From positions 3,052-67,051 of the forward strand of contig CAJPGC010000034.1 of assembly GCA_905339405.1 (NCBI GenBank): a stretch of 64,000 bases of DNA, in the 5' to 3' direction. The notes under the pieces were generated by a model, which searched no databases, had not been told where the DNA came from, and saw nothing but the letters and a program-made list of their open reading frames with translations. Position 1 is the stretch's first letter. Every line of letters starts with the position of its first letter. The position numbers and the translations under genes were made by a program. Below are positions 1 through 9,068 of this stretch, one piece after another. Source of the DNA: an uncultured bacterium. Its GTDB lineage: Bacteria > Desulfobacterota > GWC2-55-46.

Positions 1-228
1 GATTGGCCCAGGGTAAAAAGGCTTCTCGGCTCGTGGGGCATAACCGACAGGTGGGGAGACTACGAGCTCATTTTCGGCGCGGCCAAGCTTCACCTCAGGA
101 TAGTCGAGGTGCCGGTCCATTACCTTGAGAGGACCTACGGCGAGACGAAGATGACGAAGCGTTTCCAGAACGGCCTCATCATGCTGAGGATGTGTTTCGC
201 CGCTTTGAAAAAATTCAAATTCGTATAA
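1..228 (+). CDS. Glycosyltransferase family 2, C-terminal fragment (5' truncated by window edge)
   Basis: Frame 1 is open from base 1 to TAA at 226-228: ...WGDYELIFGAAKLHLRIVEVPVHYLERTYGETKM..., a typical DPM/GT2 tail. Abuts the epimerase gene. Confidence 0.75.
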   Translation, partial: DWPRVKRLLGSWGITDRWGDYELIFGAAKLHLRIVEVPVHYLERTYGETKMTKRFQNGLIMLRMCFAALKKFKFV

Positions 229-237
229 AAGGTGCAA

Positions 238-1302
238 ATGAAAAAAATTCTCGTGACAGGCTCAAGCGGGCTCATAGGCTCGGAGGCGGTGCAGTACTTC
301 TCGAAAAAAGGCTGGTTCGTCTACGGCATAGACAACAACATGAGGGCCGACTTTTTCGGGCCCAAGGGAGACACCCTCTGGAACCTTGAGAGGCTGCGCT
401 CTAGCGTCAAGAACTTCGAGCACCGCACGATAAACATCCTCGACAGGCCTGCAATCATGGACTTTTTCAAGACAGTTGACGTTGACGCCGTCGTCCACTG
501 CGCCGGGCAGCCTTCGCACGACCTCGCCAAGGACAGGCCGTTCGACGACTTCGAGGTGAACGCCGTCGGCACGCTGAACCTTCTGGAGGCATGCCGCCAG
601 TTCCGCAGGGACTCGCCTTTCGTCTTCATGAGCACAAACAAGGTCTACGGAGACGCCCCCAATTACCTGCCTTTGAAGGAGCTGGACAAGAGGTGGGAGT
701 ACGCCGACCCGAAGGACTTCGGCGGCATCAACGAGTCGTGCAGCATAGACCAGTGCAAGCACAGCCTCTTCGGCGTCTCGAAGGCCGGGGCCGACCTCAT
801 GGTGCAGGAGTACGGCCGCTACTTCGACATGCCGACCGTCTGTTTCAGGGCGGGCTGCATGACCGGGCCAAACCATTCTGGCGTCGAGCTCCACGGCTTT
901 TTGAGCTATCTCGTGAAGGTCATCGTCTCGGGCGGCACCTATACGGTATTCGGGTACAAGGGCAAGCAGGTCAGGGACCAGATACACAGCGTGGACGTCG
1001 TGAGCGCTGCCGAAGCCTACATAGCTGCCCCCAGGCCCGCAGGCGTCTACAACCTCGGCGGCGGCAGGGAGAACAGCGCGTCCATCATGGAGTGCGTGGA
1101 GCTCATAGAGGAGTACTCCGGCAAGAAGTTCAAATCCACATACGACCCGAAAAACCGCGAAGGCGACCACATCTGCTACATAAGCGACCTCACGAAGTTG
1201 AAGCGCGACTACAGCGGCTGGACGATAACAAGGGGCCTCAAGGAGATAGTGAGGGAGCTCGTGGACTTCGAGACGGGGAGCCGCCAGACGGCCGCGAAGT
1301 AA
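238..1302 (+). CDS. NAD-dependent epimerase/dehydratase, CDP-paratose 2-epimerase (RfbE)-like
   Basis: ILVTGSSGLIG Rossmann motif, STNKVYGD, YGRYF, GYKGKQVRD, YNLGGG. Confidence 0.85.
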   Translation: MKKILVTGSSGLIGSEAVQYFSKKGWFVYGIDNNMRADFFGPKGDTLWNLERLRSSVKNFEHRTINILDRPAIMDFFKTVDVDAVVHCAGQPSHDLAKDRPFDDFEVNAVGTLNLLEACRQFRRDSPFVFMSTNKVYGDAPNYLPLKELDKRWEYADPKDFGGINESCSIDQCKHSLFGVSKAGADLMVQEYGRYFDMPTVCFRAGCMTGPNHSGVELHGFLSYLVKVIVSGGTYTVFGYKGKQVRDQIHSVDVVSAAEAYIAAPRPAGVYNLGGGRENSASIMECVELIEEYSGKKFKSTYDPKNREGDHICYISDLTKLKRDYSGWTITRGLKEIVRELVDFETGSRQTAAK

Positions 1303-1303
1303 G

Positions 1304-2029
1304 ATGTCAAAGGAGATACTGGACAGCCACAGGGAGATATGGAACAAGAGGCGGCTCACGAGGTATCTCTACAACGGCTGGTACCGTGATATAGAAAAGG
1401 AGCTCTCGCGGGGACTGACGATAGAGCTCGGGGCCGGGACAGGCAACTTCAAGGAGTTCATGCCTGAGTGCGTCTCAACCGACCTCGTCTGGTGTGAATG
1501 GCTCGACATGGTCCACGACGCCTCTGTCCTGCCTTACAGGGACGGGACTGTCGGCAACTTCGTCCTCATCGACGCCATACACCACATAAGCGACCCCGTA
1601 GCCTCGTTGGCCGAGATGGAGCGGTGCCTTAAAAAAGGCGGCCGCGTCGTTATCCTCGACGTCTTCATCTCGCCCTTCTCCTACCTTTATTACAACTATT
1701 TCCACAAGGAAGACGTCGACCTATCCGCAGACCTCTTTGATTTGAAGGACGCGCGCACTGAGAAAAAGCCCTTCGAGTCGAACCAGGCCATAGCTACCCT
1801 TCTTTTCTTCAGGCAGCTCGAACGCTACTCGGCGAGGTTCCCGTGCCTCAAGCCCGTTAAGAGGGAAGTGAGGGAGTTCCTTCTCTACCCAATGAGCGGC
1901 GGGTTTGAAGGGGCGCAGCTCGCGCCGTTTTTTTTGAAGGGCTTCCTTTCGGCCATCGACAGGGCGGCGATAAAGACGCTGGGCCGCTTCATCGCTGGCC
2001 GCTGCCTCGTGGTGCTCGAGAAGGCTTAA
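1304..2029 (+). CDS. Class I SAM-dependent methyltransferase
   Basis: IELGAGTG motif I, DASVLPY, LKKGGRVVI; starts 1 nt after the epimerase stop. Confidence 0.85.
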   Translation: MSKEILDSHREIWNKRRLTRYLYNGWYRDIEKELSRGLTIELGAGTGNFKEFMPECVSTDLVWCEWLDMVHDASVLPYRDGTVGNFVLIDAIHHISDPVASLAEMERCLKKGGRVVILDVFISPFSYLYYNYFHKEDVDLSADLFDLKDARTEKKPFESNQAIATLLFFRQLERYSARFPCLKPVKREVREFLLYPMSGGFEGAQLAPFFLKGFLSAIDRAAIKTLGRFIAGRCLVVLEKA

Positions 2030-2035
2030 GAGAAT

Positions 2036-2068
2036 AAAAAAGGCCGCGGCGCTTTAGCTCCGCGGCCT
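2036..2068. terminator. Hairpin between convergent genes (terminator, U-tract on minus strand)
   Basis: AGGCCGCGG...CCGCGGCCT stem preceded by an A run. Confidence 0.65.
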
Positions 2069-2083
2069 GAAAAAGCGGTTTTG

Positions 2084-2533
2084 TTATCTTTTCGCCGGCG
2101 GGATGACAAGCACCGGACAGGTCGATTTCCTGAGGATCCTTTCGGTAGTGCTGCCGACAAGAAGCCTGTCGATGCCTCCCTTGCCGTATGAGCCCATGAC
2201 GACGAGGTCGCATTTGCTCGATTTTATCGCGCCGAGTATCTCCCTGTAGGGCACGCCGCTGAGGACCGCTGTCTTTACTTTATCATAGCCCTTGAACTTC
2301 CTTGCGGCGAACTTCTTTAATTCCTCCTGGGCTTTTTTTGCCGCCTTCTTCTCGAATTCCATCGAAGAGACGAGAGGGATGATATCGTCGCTTACGCTGA
2401 CGACGTGCACTACGTGGAGCTCAGCGTCGTCTCTTTTGGCGAGCATCAATGCGTATTCGGAGGCCTTTTCCGAATACTCGGTGAAGTCTACCGGCAGCAG
2501 TATGTTCGTGAAACCTGTCCTGGTCCTTGTCAT
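2084..2533 (-). CDS. Universal stress protein (UspA family)
   Basis: ILLPVDFTEYS, LHVVHV, DLVVMGSYGKGG..LLVGSTTERILRKSTCPVLVI. Confidence 0.93.
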   Translation of the reverse strand: MTRTRTGFTNILLPVDFTEYSEKASEYALMLAKRDDAELHVVHVVSVSDDIIPLVSSMEFEKKAAKKAQEELKKFAARKFKGYDKVKTAVLSGVPYREILGAIKSSKCDLVVMGSYGKGGIDRLLVGSTTERILRKSTCPVLVIPPAKR

Positions 2534-2680
2534 TGGCTTGCTCCTTTCCGAATGGACGTATTGTCATTTGTCAGCAAGCCACATGATATTTCAGGACAGG
2601 TGATTTTTCAACCTTTTTCGGACGGTAAAAGAGGAAGACGGCAGGCGAGCGCCGCGAGTGCGCGGCCTAAGTCTCAGGGG

Positions 2681-2717
2681 AACCCCCTTCCGCCGGACGG
2701 AAGGGGGTTTTTATTTT
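2681..2717. terminator. Intrinsic terminator-like hairpin
   Basis: AACCCCCTTCCG-loop-CGGAAGGGGGTT next to a T-rich run, directly beyond the stop of the 2718-3170 gene. Confidence 0.6.
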
Positions 2718-3170
2718 TCAGGCGGCTTTTTTCCAGACCTTGTTGTCTATGCACTCTTCTACATAGGTCAGGTGGCGCTGCTCGTCCCTGTAGTTCTTTT
2801 CGATGACGCTCCTTATGTTCGCCGGGAAGTCCTGGTCGATTGCCTTTGCGTAACGCTTGTTCGTCAGGTTCTCTCCTCCCTTGAGCGACTTCAACGCGCC
2901 CTCTGTCCCTGAAAGGCTTCTTATCTTGGAGAAGACGTCGAGCATGTAGCCCTTGAGGTCGGGGGAGAAGTCAGGGGCCTTTTCCTTGTAGGAATGGATC
3001 AGGGCGGAGAGGTCTTTGATATGGCGTTCATGGTCCGCCCTGTAATGCTCTATCTGCCTTTTTACCTCCGGGACGTCGATGTGATGGAGGCATTCGTTAT
3101 ACGCGTGTACCGCGTCGATATCGAGCTGGCACAGGCTCTTGAGTTCCTTTATTATTTCGCTGTTCTCCAT
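2718..3170 (-). CDS. Ferritin-like four-helix protein (DUF2383/PA2169-like)
   Basis: LCQLDIDAVHAY, DHERHIKDL, GENLTNKRY, DEQRHLTY (ExxH-type pairs); GGAGG RBS. Confidence 0.8.
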   Translation of the reverse strand: MENSEIIKELKSLCQLDIDAVHAYNECLHHIDVPEVKRQIEHYRADHERHIKDLSALIHSYKEKAPDFSPDLKGYMLDVFSKIRSLSGTEGALKSLKGGENLTNKRYAKAIDQDFPANIRSVIEKNYRDEQRHLTYVEECIDNKVWKKAA

Positions 3171-3232
3171 ATGACCCTCCTTTGTCGATTTGTTATAAAA
3201 AGAGTATAATCCGGATCCTGAGTAGATGTGGG

Positions 3233-3282
3233 AAAAAAGACCCGGATGCGCGGCGCCCCGTTGAGCAGCCGCGTTACCGGGC
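3233..3282 (-). terminator. Probable terminator downstream of the DUF3618-like gene
   Basis: CCGG.TGCGCGGC...GCCGCGT.ACCGG imperfect stem with an A run on its left (U-tract on minus). Confidence 0.45.
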
Positions 3283-3299
3283 CTTGATTTGAAGACTCC

Positions 3300-3992
3300 T
3301 CAGGCTGCCCTGCCTGTCTCGTCTTCCAGCTTCTTCTCCGCTTTTTCAGCCGTCTCGGCTGCCTTCTCCCTCAAGGCCGAACCGGCCTCGCCAAGCACTT
3401 CGCGTTCTTTTTCAGTCACCGGCAATCCGAGCCCCAGGGCAGAACCTATGGCGAACGCGGCAGCAGCGAAAGCCAGCGGGTTGTTCTCCAGGAGGTCTTG
3501 GAAAACTCCTTTTACCTCACCGGCCTTTCCCCGCAGTTCTTCTCCGGCAACCCCGGTCTTACCGCTTACGCTGCCCCTGAGCCTTTCGGCCTTTTCGCGG
3601 GCCTTGCGGCTGATGTCGTGGACCTTTTCGGTGATTTCACCGGCCTTGCCTTCGCCAGTGACATCCATTCCGGTTTCATGGCGTCTGCCCTCGGAGCCTC
3701 TGGCGAAAAGGAGTATCAGCCCGGCTCCGGCCATCGCCGCAGGTATGGGGTTGTTTCGTATTGTGTCGACGAGAGTCGAGCCGGTATCCCTTGCCTTTGA
3801 GCCCGGCCTTGTCATCGACCTTATCTCGTCCCATGCCCGGTCTTTCAGCCGCTCTGCCGAGAACCTGTCCATTATCTCGTCAATGGTCCCGCTCAGGCGG
3901 GCGCGGCTCCGCACTATTTCCTGGTGGATTTCCCTGCGCTCCTTGTGGAACTCCTTGCGGGAATCATCCCTTATACTTTTTCTTTCAGCCAT
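3300..3992 (-). CDS. DUF3618-like protein (general stress cluster)
   Basis: EIVRSRARLSGTIDEI N-terminal motif; NPIPAAMAGAG and NPLAFAAAAFAIGSALGLGLPVTEKE repeats. Confidence 0.75.
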   Translation of the reverse strand: MAERKSIRDDSRKEFHKERREIHQEIVRSRARLSGTIDEIMDRFSAERLKDRAWDEIRSMTRPGSKARDTGSTLVDTIRNNPIPAAMAGAGLILLFARGSEGRRHETGMDVTGEGKAGEITEKVHDISRKAREKAERLRGSVSGKTGVAGEELRGKAGEVKGVFQDLLENNPLAFAAAAFAIGSALGLGLPVTEKEREVLGEAGSALREKAAETAEKAEKKLEDETGRAA

Positions 3993-4375
3993 TTCTCGTC
4001 CTCCCTGAGTGTAGAGATGGTCTCGCGCGGCGTGATGTCGATTTTCCGCATGTCACGGACGCCTTTCTTGACCATGTAGTAGCCGATAAAGCAGGCGGCC
4101 GCTCCTACTATAAGCGCGGATAGCCAGTACGAGAGCACGTTACCGAGCAGCAGGACCGCTGCAGCAACTATCGCGAAAAACCCGGCGTGGAGCACCGCGC
4201 CGCCAATGGCCGCCGACTTCATGTCGCCGGCGGCGCGCGTAAGCTTCGCCGTCATCTCGTTTTTGGCGAGCAGCATCTCCTGCCTCAGGAGGTCTCTGAC
4301 CTCCCAGGACAGGTCGGTCAGGAGCTCGTTGAAAGTCCTTTCCCTCTCCCTTTCCTCTTTTCTTACATAAGACAT
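3971..4375 (-). CDS. Holin-X/YqjE-like small membrane protein
   Basis: LLRQEMLLAKNEM, two TM helices, P.ETISTLRED.KWLK tail; usual partner of DUF3618 genes. Confidence 0.8.
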   Translation of the reverse strand: MSYVRKEERERERTFNELLTDLSWEVRDLLRQEMLLAKNEMTAKLTRAAGDMKSAAIGGAVLHAGFFAIVAAAVLLLGNVLSYWLSALIVGAAACFIGYYMVKKGVRDMRKIDITPRETISTLREDEKWLKEKV

Positions 4376-4392
4376 GGTAGCCTCCTGGGTGG

Positions 4393-4977
4393 TCAATGCT
4401 CCCGGGTCTCCTGAGCTCCGCTCTTCATGAAGCGCGCGAGCAGGAACCCGGCCGCCAGCGCCCCTCCTATGGCAAGTGCCGGCCTTTCCCTTATGTAGTC
4501 CTCGGCGTCGTTTATCGCCTTGTCGGCGTCACCGTCCCTGAACCGGGCCGAGTACGATTCGATCTGTTCGGCTGACTTGTCTACGAACCTGGCGGTATCG
4601 TCGTAATGCCGGTCGTGAAGGCTCCTCGATGCCTCGTGAAGGGCGGTAGAGACGGCGTTTACCGTGTCTGCCAGGTCGCGCTGTCTGCCTGAGAAAATTT
4701 CCTTGGCGTGGCTCTTCGACTTTGACACAGCCCGCTCTCCAGCTTCGCGGACCTTTTCCCCGGCTTCGTGCTTCTCGCCTGTCCGTGGGAGCTCTTTTTC
4801 GGGCCCGGACGTCTCATAACCCAGCCGCGCCTCGACTTTTATGTATTTTTCCGGGTTCGCGTCGAACAGGGCCTTGCACTGGCGGGTGTCGAACCAGAAT
4901 TCCCGCTCTTCATGGCGGCTGCTGAACCTTTCTTTTTGCATATCTACTTCATTGTTGCATACAGGGTCTTTAACCAT
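4393..4977 (-). CDS. YHS-domain protein fused to a DUF883/ElaB-like C-terminus
   Basis: KDPVC...FWFDTRQCKALFDANPEKY (YHS); C-terminal RERPALAIGGALAAGFLLARFMKS. Start chosen by GAGG spacing (alternatives 4983/4986). Confidence 0.7.
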   Translation of the reverse strand: MVKDPVCNNEVDMQKERFSSRHEEREFWFDTRQCKALFDANPEKYIKVEARLGYETSGPEKELPRTGEKHEAGEKVREAGERAVSKSKSHAKEIFSGRQRDLADTVNAVSTALHEASRSLHDRHYDDTARFVDKSAEQIESYSARFRDGDADKAINDAEDYIRERPALAIGGALAAGFLLARFMKSGAQETREH

Positions 4978-5156
4978 GTTCATCACCTCGTTTTGCGCGT
5001 TCTTTTACAACTCATAACTGACCCTACCGCTGTTCCTTTGTTGGAGCAAGTACGCGTCTTGAAAGGCTTTTCTCGGGCGTTGCAAGGCGGCTGTTTGACA
5101 AGGCTTGCTGGAATGGATAAGCTTCACACTCGAATTCGGGATTACAAGGAGATGAG

Positions 5157-5873
5157 ATGACTTTAGAAGGAATTACAGACCTCAGCGAAAAAGGGGCCGT
5201 GAAGGACGGAGTGCGCCAGGCGAGTGACAGGAGGCTTTTCATGCAGCTTCTTGTTTTCGGCGGCTGCAAGGACACTGCCCCTCTCGTCGATTCATTAAAA
5301 AAAAGCGGCATCCCTTCTGTCCTGTACGCCGACGTAAACAACCCGCAGGGCGTCGGGCTCCTCACAATGAGCGAAGACCCGGCGTTTTTTGTGACGGGGC
5401 TTCGCGGCCTGCTTGGCGGCAAGGAATTTTCTTCCCTTGAGCTCAAAAGCGAATATACGATGCTCGGGCGGACCTACTCGCTCGGCCATGAGGAGAACCT
5501 CGAGGACTGGCTCGTTGGCCGCCCCCCGAGGGTCGTTGCCAACCCCGCGTGGCAGTGGGCTGTCTGGTACCCGCTCCGGAGGAGCGGCTCTTTCGCGCGC
5601 CTTCCTTCCAGAGAGCAGGGCGAGATACTGATGGAGCACGGGGTGATAGGCCGCGCCTTCGGGAAAGCCGACTTGGGCCACGACATACGCCTGTCTTCTT
5701 TCGGCCTCGACAAGAACGACAACGACTTCGTCATCGGGCTCATAGGTAAAGAGCTCTACCCGCTTTCGGCCCTTGTCCAGACGATGCGCAAGACCGTCCA
5801 GACATCGACCTATATCGACAGGATGGGCCCTTTTTTCATAGGCAAGGCGCTCTGGCAATACGGCGGGAAATAG
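5157..5873 (+). CDS. Chlorite dismutase/coproheme decarboxylase (Cld/HemQ) family heme protein
   Basis: WYPLRRSGSF, EQGEILMEHGVIGR (proximal His), SFGLD..DNDFVIGL, GPFFIG; AGGAG RBS. Confidence 0.82.
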   Translation: MTLEGITDLSEKGAVKDGVRQASDRRLFMQLLVFGGCKDTAPLVDSLKKSGIPSVLYADVNNPQGVGLLTMSEDPAFFVTGLRGLLGGKEFSSLELKSEYTMLGRTYSLGHEENLEDWLVGRPPRVVANPAWQWAVWYPLRRSGSFARLPSREQGEILMEHGVIGRAFGKADLGHDIRLSSFGLDKNDNDFVIGLIGKELYPLSALVQTMRKTVQTSTYIDRMGPFFIGKALWQYGGK

Positions 5874-5936
5874 GAGAGCCCTTTTTTTTCTGAATCCATG
5901 CCGGACTCTTGACGGTTTCTGGTGTAGAATCCGTTC

Positions 5937-6173
5937 ATGGCAAGGATTCCCGTAAAGGTGAACTCGTATTCCGGCTACAAGGGCGAGGAAAGGCCTGTCT
6001 CCTTCACCATAGGGGACAGGACTTTCCAGGTAGTCGACCTCATCGACAGCTGGTACGGCGAAGGGCACGACTACTTCAAGGTGAGCGCCGACGACAGGTG
6101 CGTCTATATCCTACGCTACGACAGGGACATGGACGAATGGGAGCTCACCATGATGGAAAGCCCTGCCGATTAG
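5937..6173 (+). CDS. Small conserved hypothetical protein (beta-rich, DUF6504-like)
   Basis: YSGYKGEERPVSF...WYGEGHDYFKV..DD..VYILRYD....EWEL; host-like codon use. Confidence 0.7.
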   Translation: MARIPVKVNSYSGYKGEERPVSFTIGDRTFQVVDLIDSWYGEGHDYFKVSADDRCVYILRYDRDMDEWELTMMESPAD

Positions 6174-6321
6174 CGTTTACAAATCCTTTTCCGTCCTTTC
6201 CCGCATCTTCCGCTCGCTGACTTCCCGCTGAAAAAGCTCTGCTATACTTAAATTTTGCGACTTTTGCGCGTTTACCGTCTGTTTTACCAGCGACGAGGGC
6301 TGACCCGAAAGGAGGCTTTTT

Positions 6322-8193
6322 ATGAAGCTATTGCCGCTCGAGAAGCTCGGTACGAGAGAGTTGGGAAGTGGCAGCGTTCAGTTCGGCATTTTCCTGCCCT
6401 GGGTCAAACCCGAAAACGGCCACAGGCTCTGGGTCAAGGTGATACACGAGAAGGACCAGTTCCTTCAGGACATCCAGCCGCTGATGTTCGAGATGAGCCA
6501 CGAGCAGGACGCCGAGTACGGGGATTACTGGTCAACAAGGGTGGAGATAAACGCGGGGCAAAAGCCGCGTGAGAACTCCGCGTGGGGGACCGAAGGCAGC
6601 TACGTCTACCGCTACTTCCTCGAGAACCCCAGCGCCTCGCGCCTCCAGGACCGTCATATCGACTGGATAATAGACCCCTTCGCAAGGGAATTCGGCGTTG
6701 GCAAGCTCTCTGCCTTCACTCTCGGCTACAAGGCCCGCCAGTGGGACGAGAACGAGTACAGCTGGAAGGTCCCCAAAATAGAGGACGTCGTCCTCTACGA
6801 GCTCATCATCTCGGAGTTCGGCGGCGACATCGAAAAGACCATCGCGCACCTCGATTATCTCACCGACCTCGGGGTCAACTGCATACAGCTCATGCCGGTC
6901 TCAAACGTCTCTAACGTGGTCGACTGGGGTTACCTGCCCATAGGCTATTTCGGAGTTGACGAGAGGTTCGGCAAGAGGGCCGACATGCAAAGGTTCATAG
7001 AGGAGGCGCACAAGAGGTGCATGGCCGTAATCGTGGACTCTGTCTACGGACATACGAGCGAGCATTTCCCTTACTCGTACGTCTACAAGAGGCTCGGCTA
7101 CCACGACAACCCGTTCATAGGGCATTTCGCAAAGGACTACTACGGCGAGAGCACGGATTTCAGGAAGACCTTTACGCAGGACTTTTTCTTTACCGTTAAC
7201 CGCCACTGGCTCGACTGCTACCACGTCGACGGCTTCCGCTACGACTGCGTGCCCGACTGGTGGGACGGCCCGCTCGGCACCGGCTACGCTAACCTTACCT
7301 ACGCTACCTACAAGGACGTGCAGTCTCAGGAGGGCAGGAGCCACTGGCAGCGGTTCATGGTGGAAGGCGGCCTTTCCTTGATCCAGTGCGCCGAGCAGCT
7401 CGAAGGGCCCAGGGAAGTCGTAGAGAGTACCTATACGAACTGCACCTGGCAAGACGAGACGCTCGGGGCCGCTGAAGACGTTGCGAAGGGCAGCAACGAG
7501 GCGCTCCGGCGACTCGGGCTCCAGTTCGGCCTCATAGGCTACCCTGATACGGTCTCCTACAACGGCGACAGGATAAAAAAGACGGCGGTCCAGTACATAG
7601 AGAACCACGACCACGCCCGCTTCATTTGCAACTTCAAGACGTTCCTCAACGGTAACGAGCTTTTGGCCGAGGGGGACAGGTCGCTTTGGTACAAGCTCCA
7701 GCCGTACCTCATCGGCCTTTTCACGGCGAAGGGCATCCCGATGCTCTGGCAGGGGCAGGAGTTCGGCGAGAACTACAACGTGCCGGACCAGGGCTGGGGC
7801 AGGGTGGCCATGTTCAGGCCGCTCAGGTGGGAGTACTTTTACGACGAAGTGGGAAAGAGCATGGTCGGCCTCGTCAGGAAGCTCGTGAAGGTGCGCCAGA
7901 AGGGCGGCCAGTTCAGGGCGGGCGAGCACTTCTTCCATAACGACGACAAGTACATCTCGAGGGGAGTCCTCATTTTCTCGAGGAGGCACGAGGGCGCGTT
8001 CAGCCTTACGGCCTTGAACTTCAGCGACACAGAGCAGACCGTCCCGTATACGTTCCCCGTCGGCGGGGACTACATGGAGGAGCTGCACGGCAGGGAAGGG
8101 GCCGACATAAACCTCTGGAACATCCATGAGGGTGCCGAAGTGGACCTTCCCATACCCGGCAACTACGGTCGCGTGTGGACCGTGGGAGCTTGA
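6322..8193 (+). CDS. GH13 alpha-amylase family enzyme (branching enzyme/trehalohydrolase-like)
   Basis: LGVNCIQLMPV, WGY.P, DSVYGH, DGFRYD (nucleophile), AEQL, ENHD, GIPMLWQGQEFG; AGGAGG RBS. Confidence 0.9.
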   Translation: MKLLPLEKLGTRELGSGSVQFGIFLPWVKPENGHRLWVKVIHEKDQFLQDIQPLMFEMSHEQDAEYGDYWSTRVEINAGQKPRENSAWGTEGSYVYRYFLENPSASRLQDRHIDWIIDPFAREFGVGKLSAFTLGYKARQWDENEYSWKVPKIEDVVLYELIISEFGGDIEKTIAHLDYLTDLGVNCIQLMPVSNVSNVVDWGYLPIGYFGVDERFGKRADMQRFIEEAHKRCMAVIVDSVYGHTSEHFPYSYVYKRLGYHDNPFIGHFAKDYYGESTDFRKTFTQDFFFTVNRHWLDCYHVDGFRYDCVPDWWDGPLGTGYANLTYATYKDVQSQEGRSHWQRFMVEGGLSLIQCAEQLEGPREVVESTYTNCTWQDETLGAAEDVAKGSNEALRRLGLQFGLIGYPDTVSYNGDRIKKTAVQYIENHDHARFICNFKTFLNGNELLAEGDRSLWYKLQPYLIGLFTAKGIPMLWQGQEFGENYNVPDQGWGRVAMFRPLRWEYFYDEVGKSMVGLVRKLVKVRQKGGQFRAGEHFFHNDDKYISRGVLIFSRRHEGAFSLTALNFSDTEQTVPYTFPVGGDYMEELHGREGADINLWNIHEGAEVDLPIPGNYGRVWTVGA

Positions 8194-8231
8194 GTTAACC
8201 AGTAGGCGGCCCTTCTTTATGGAGGGTTTGG

Positions 8232-8261
8232 AGCCGCGGCGTATGCCGCGGCTTTTTCTTT
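8232..8261 (+). terminator. Intrinsic terminator
   Basis: AGCCGCGGC-GTAT-GCCGCGGCT followed by TTTTCTTT. Confidence 0.8.
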
Positions 8262-8299
8262 GTTGAGGGGACGGCGTCTTTTGGGATAGACTCTTTTTC

Positions 8300-8719
8300 A
8301 TGATAAGGATAACCGGGAACATCTGGATAGACGAGGGCGAGGTCAGGGAGGAGTTCATAAGGGCTTCCGGCCCAGGCGGCCAGCACGTGAACAAGGCCTC
8401 TACAGCCGTGCAGCTGAGGTTCAACGTCGACTCTTCTCCGGGCCTTCCTTCAGACGTGAAGGCGAGGCTCAAGGCTCTGGCCGGCCAGAGGCTGACGTCG
8501 GAGGGCGACATCATCATAACGTCGCGCGAGTCCAGGAGCCGCGAGCAGAACAGGCAGGAAGCCCTCGACAAGCTCGTCGAGCTCATTGAAAAGGCGGCAC
8601 AGAGGCCCAGGGCCAGAAGGAAGACGAAGCCGACGAAAGGGTCGAAGGAAAGGCGTTTAAATGAGAAGGCCAAAAGGGGGGCTGTAAAGAAGATGCGCGG
8701 GAAAAAGGGTGAGGAGTAG
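8300..8719 (+). CDS. arfB: Alternative ribosome rescue peptidyl-tRNA hydrolase ArfB
   Basis: RASGPGGQHVNK GGQ motif, basic tail RRKTKPTKGSKERRL. Confidence 0.95.
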   Translation: MIRITGNIWIDEGEVREEFIRASGPGGQHVNKASTAVQLRFNVDSSPGLPSDVKARLKALAGQRLTSEGDIIITSRESRSREQNRQEALDKLVELIEKAAQRPRARRKTKPTKGSKERRLNEKAKRGAVKKMRGKKGEE

Positions 8720-8774
8720 GCGGCGAAATCGCCAGCCGGTTTCACGTTGAGCCGGGCAGCACAGGAAGGAGCAG

Positions 8775-8852
8775 ATGAAGCATTACCCGACCTGGTTCGT
8801 GGTTAAAAAGTACGGCCTCATGATATTCGCCGAACAGCCGAAAAGAGCATAG
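8775..8852 (+). CDS. Candidate 25-aa small protein MKHYPTWFVVKKYGLMIFAEQPKRA
   Basis: AGGAAGGAG directly upstream of ATG at 8775, TAG at 8850-8852; below the ORF-track size limit. Confidence 0.35.
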   Translation: MKHYPTWFVVKKYGLMIFAEQPKRA

Positions 8853-9068
8853 GCGCGGTGAGTCGCTGCTTCGCCCAGGTGACGCAGGCAGCTACAGTTG
8901 TTCTAATTTTGCGCTTGCCTTTTAACTGTTTTTTTAATATTCTTTGTGAATCCATATAAATAAAGAGTCCTCCACGGCCGATGACGCTTCTTGGCCGCGC
9001 TTTTGAATACATTTCAATGGCAGGAGAAGCATAGTCGGGCTCCGGCTTGTGTTTCTACCAATAGAGTC

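Noticed and set aside
3971..4375. Prophage, suggested by the holin-like family name
   Set aside because: No phage genes nearby; this family normally sits in DUF883/DUF3618 stress operons.
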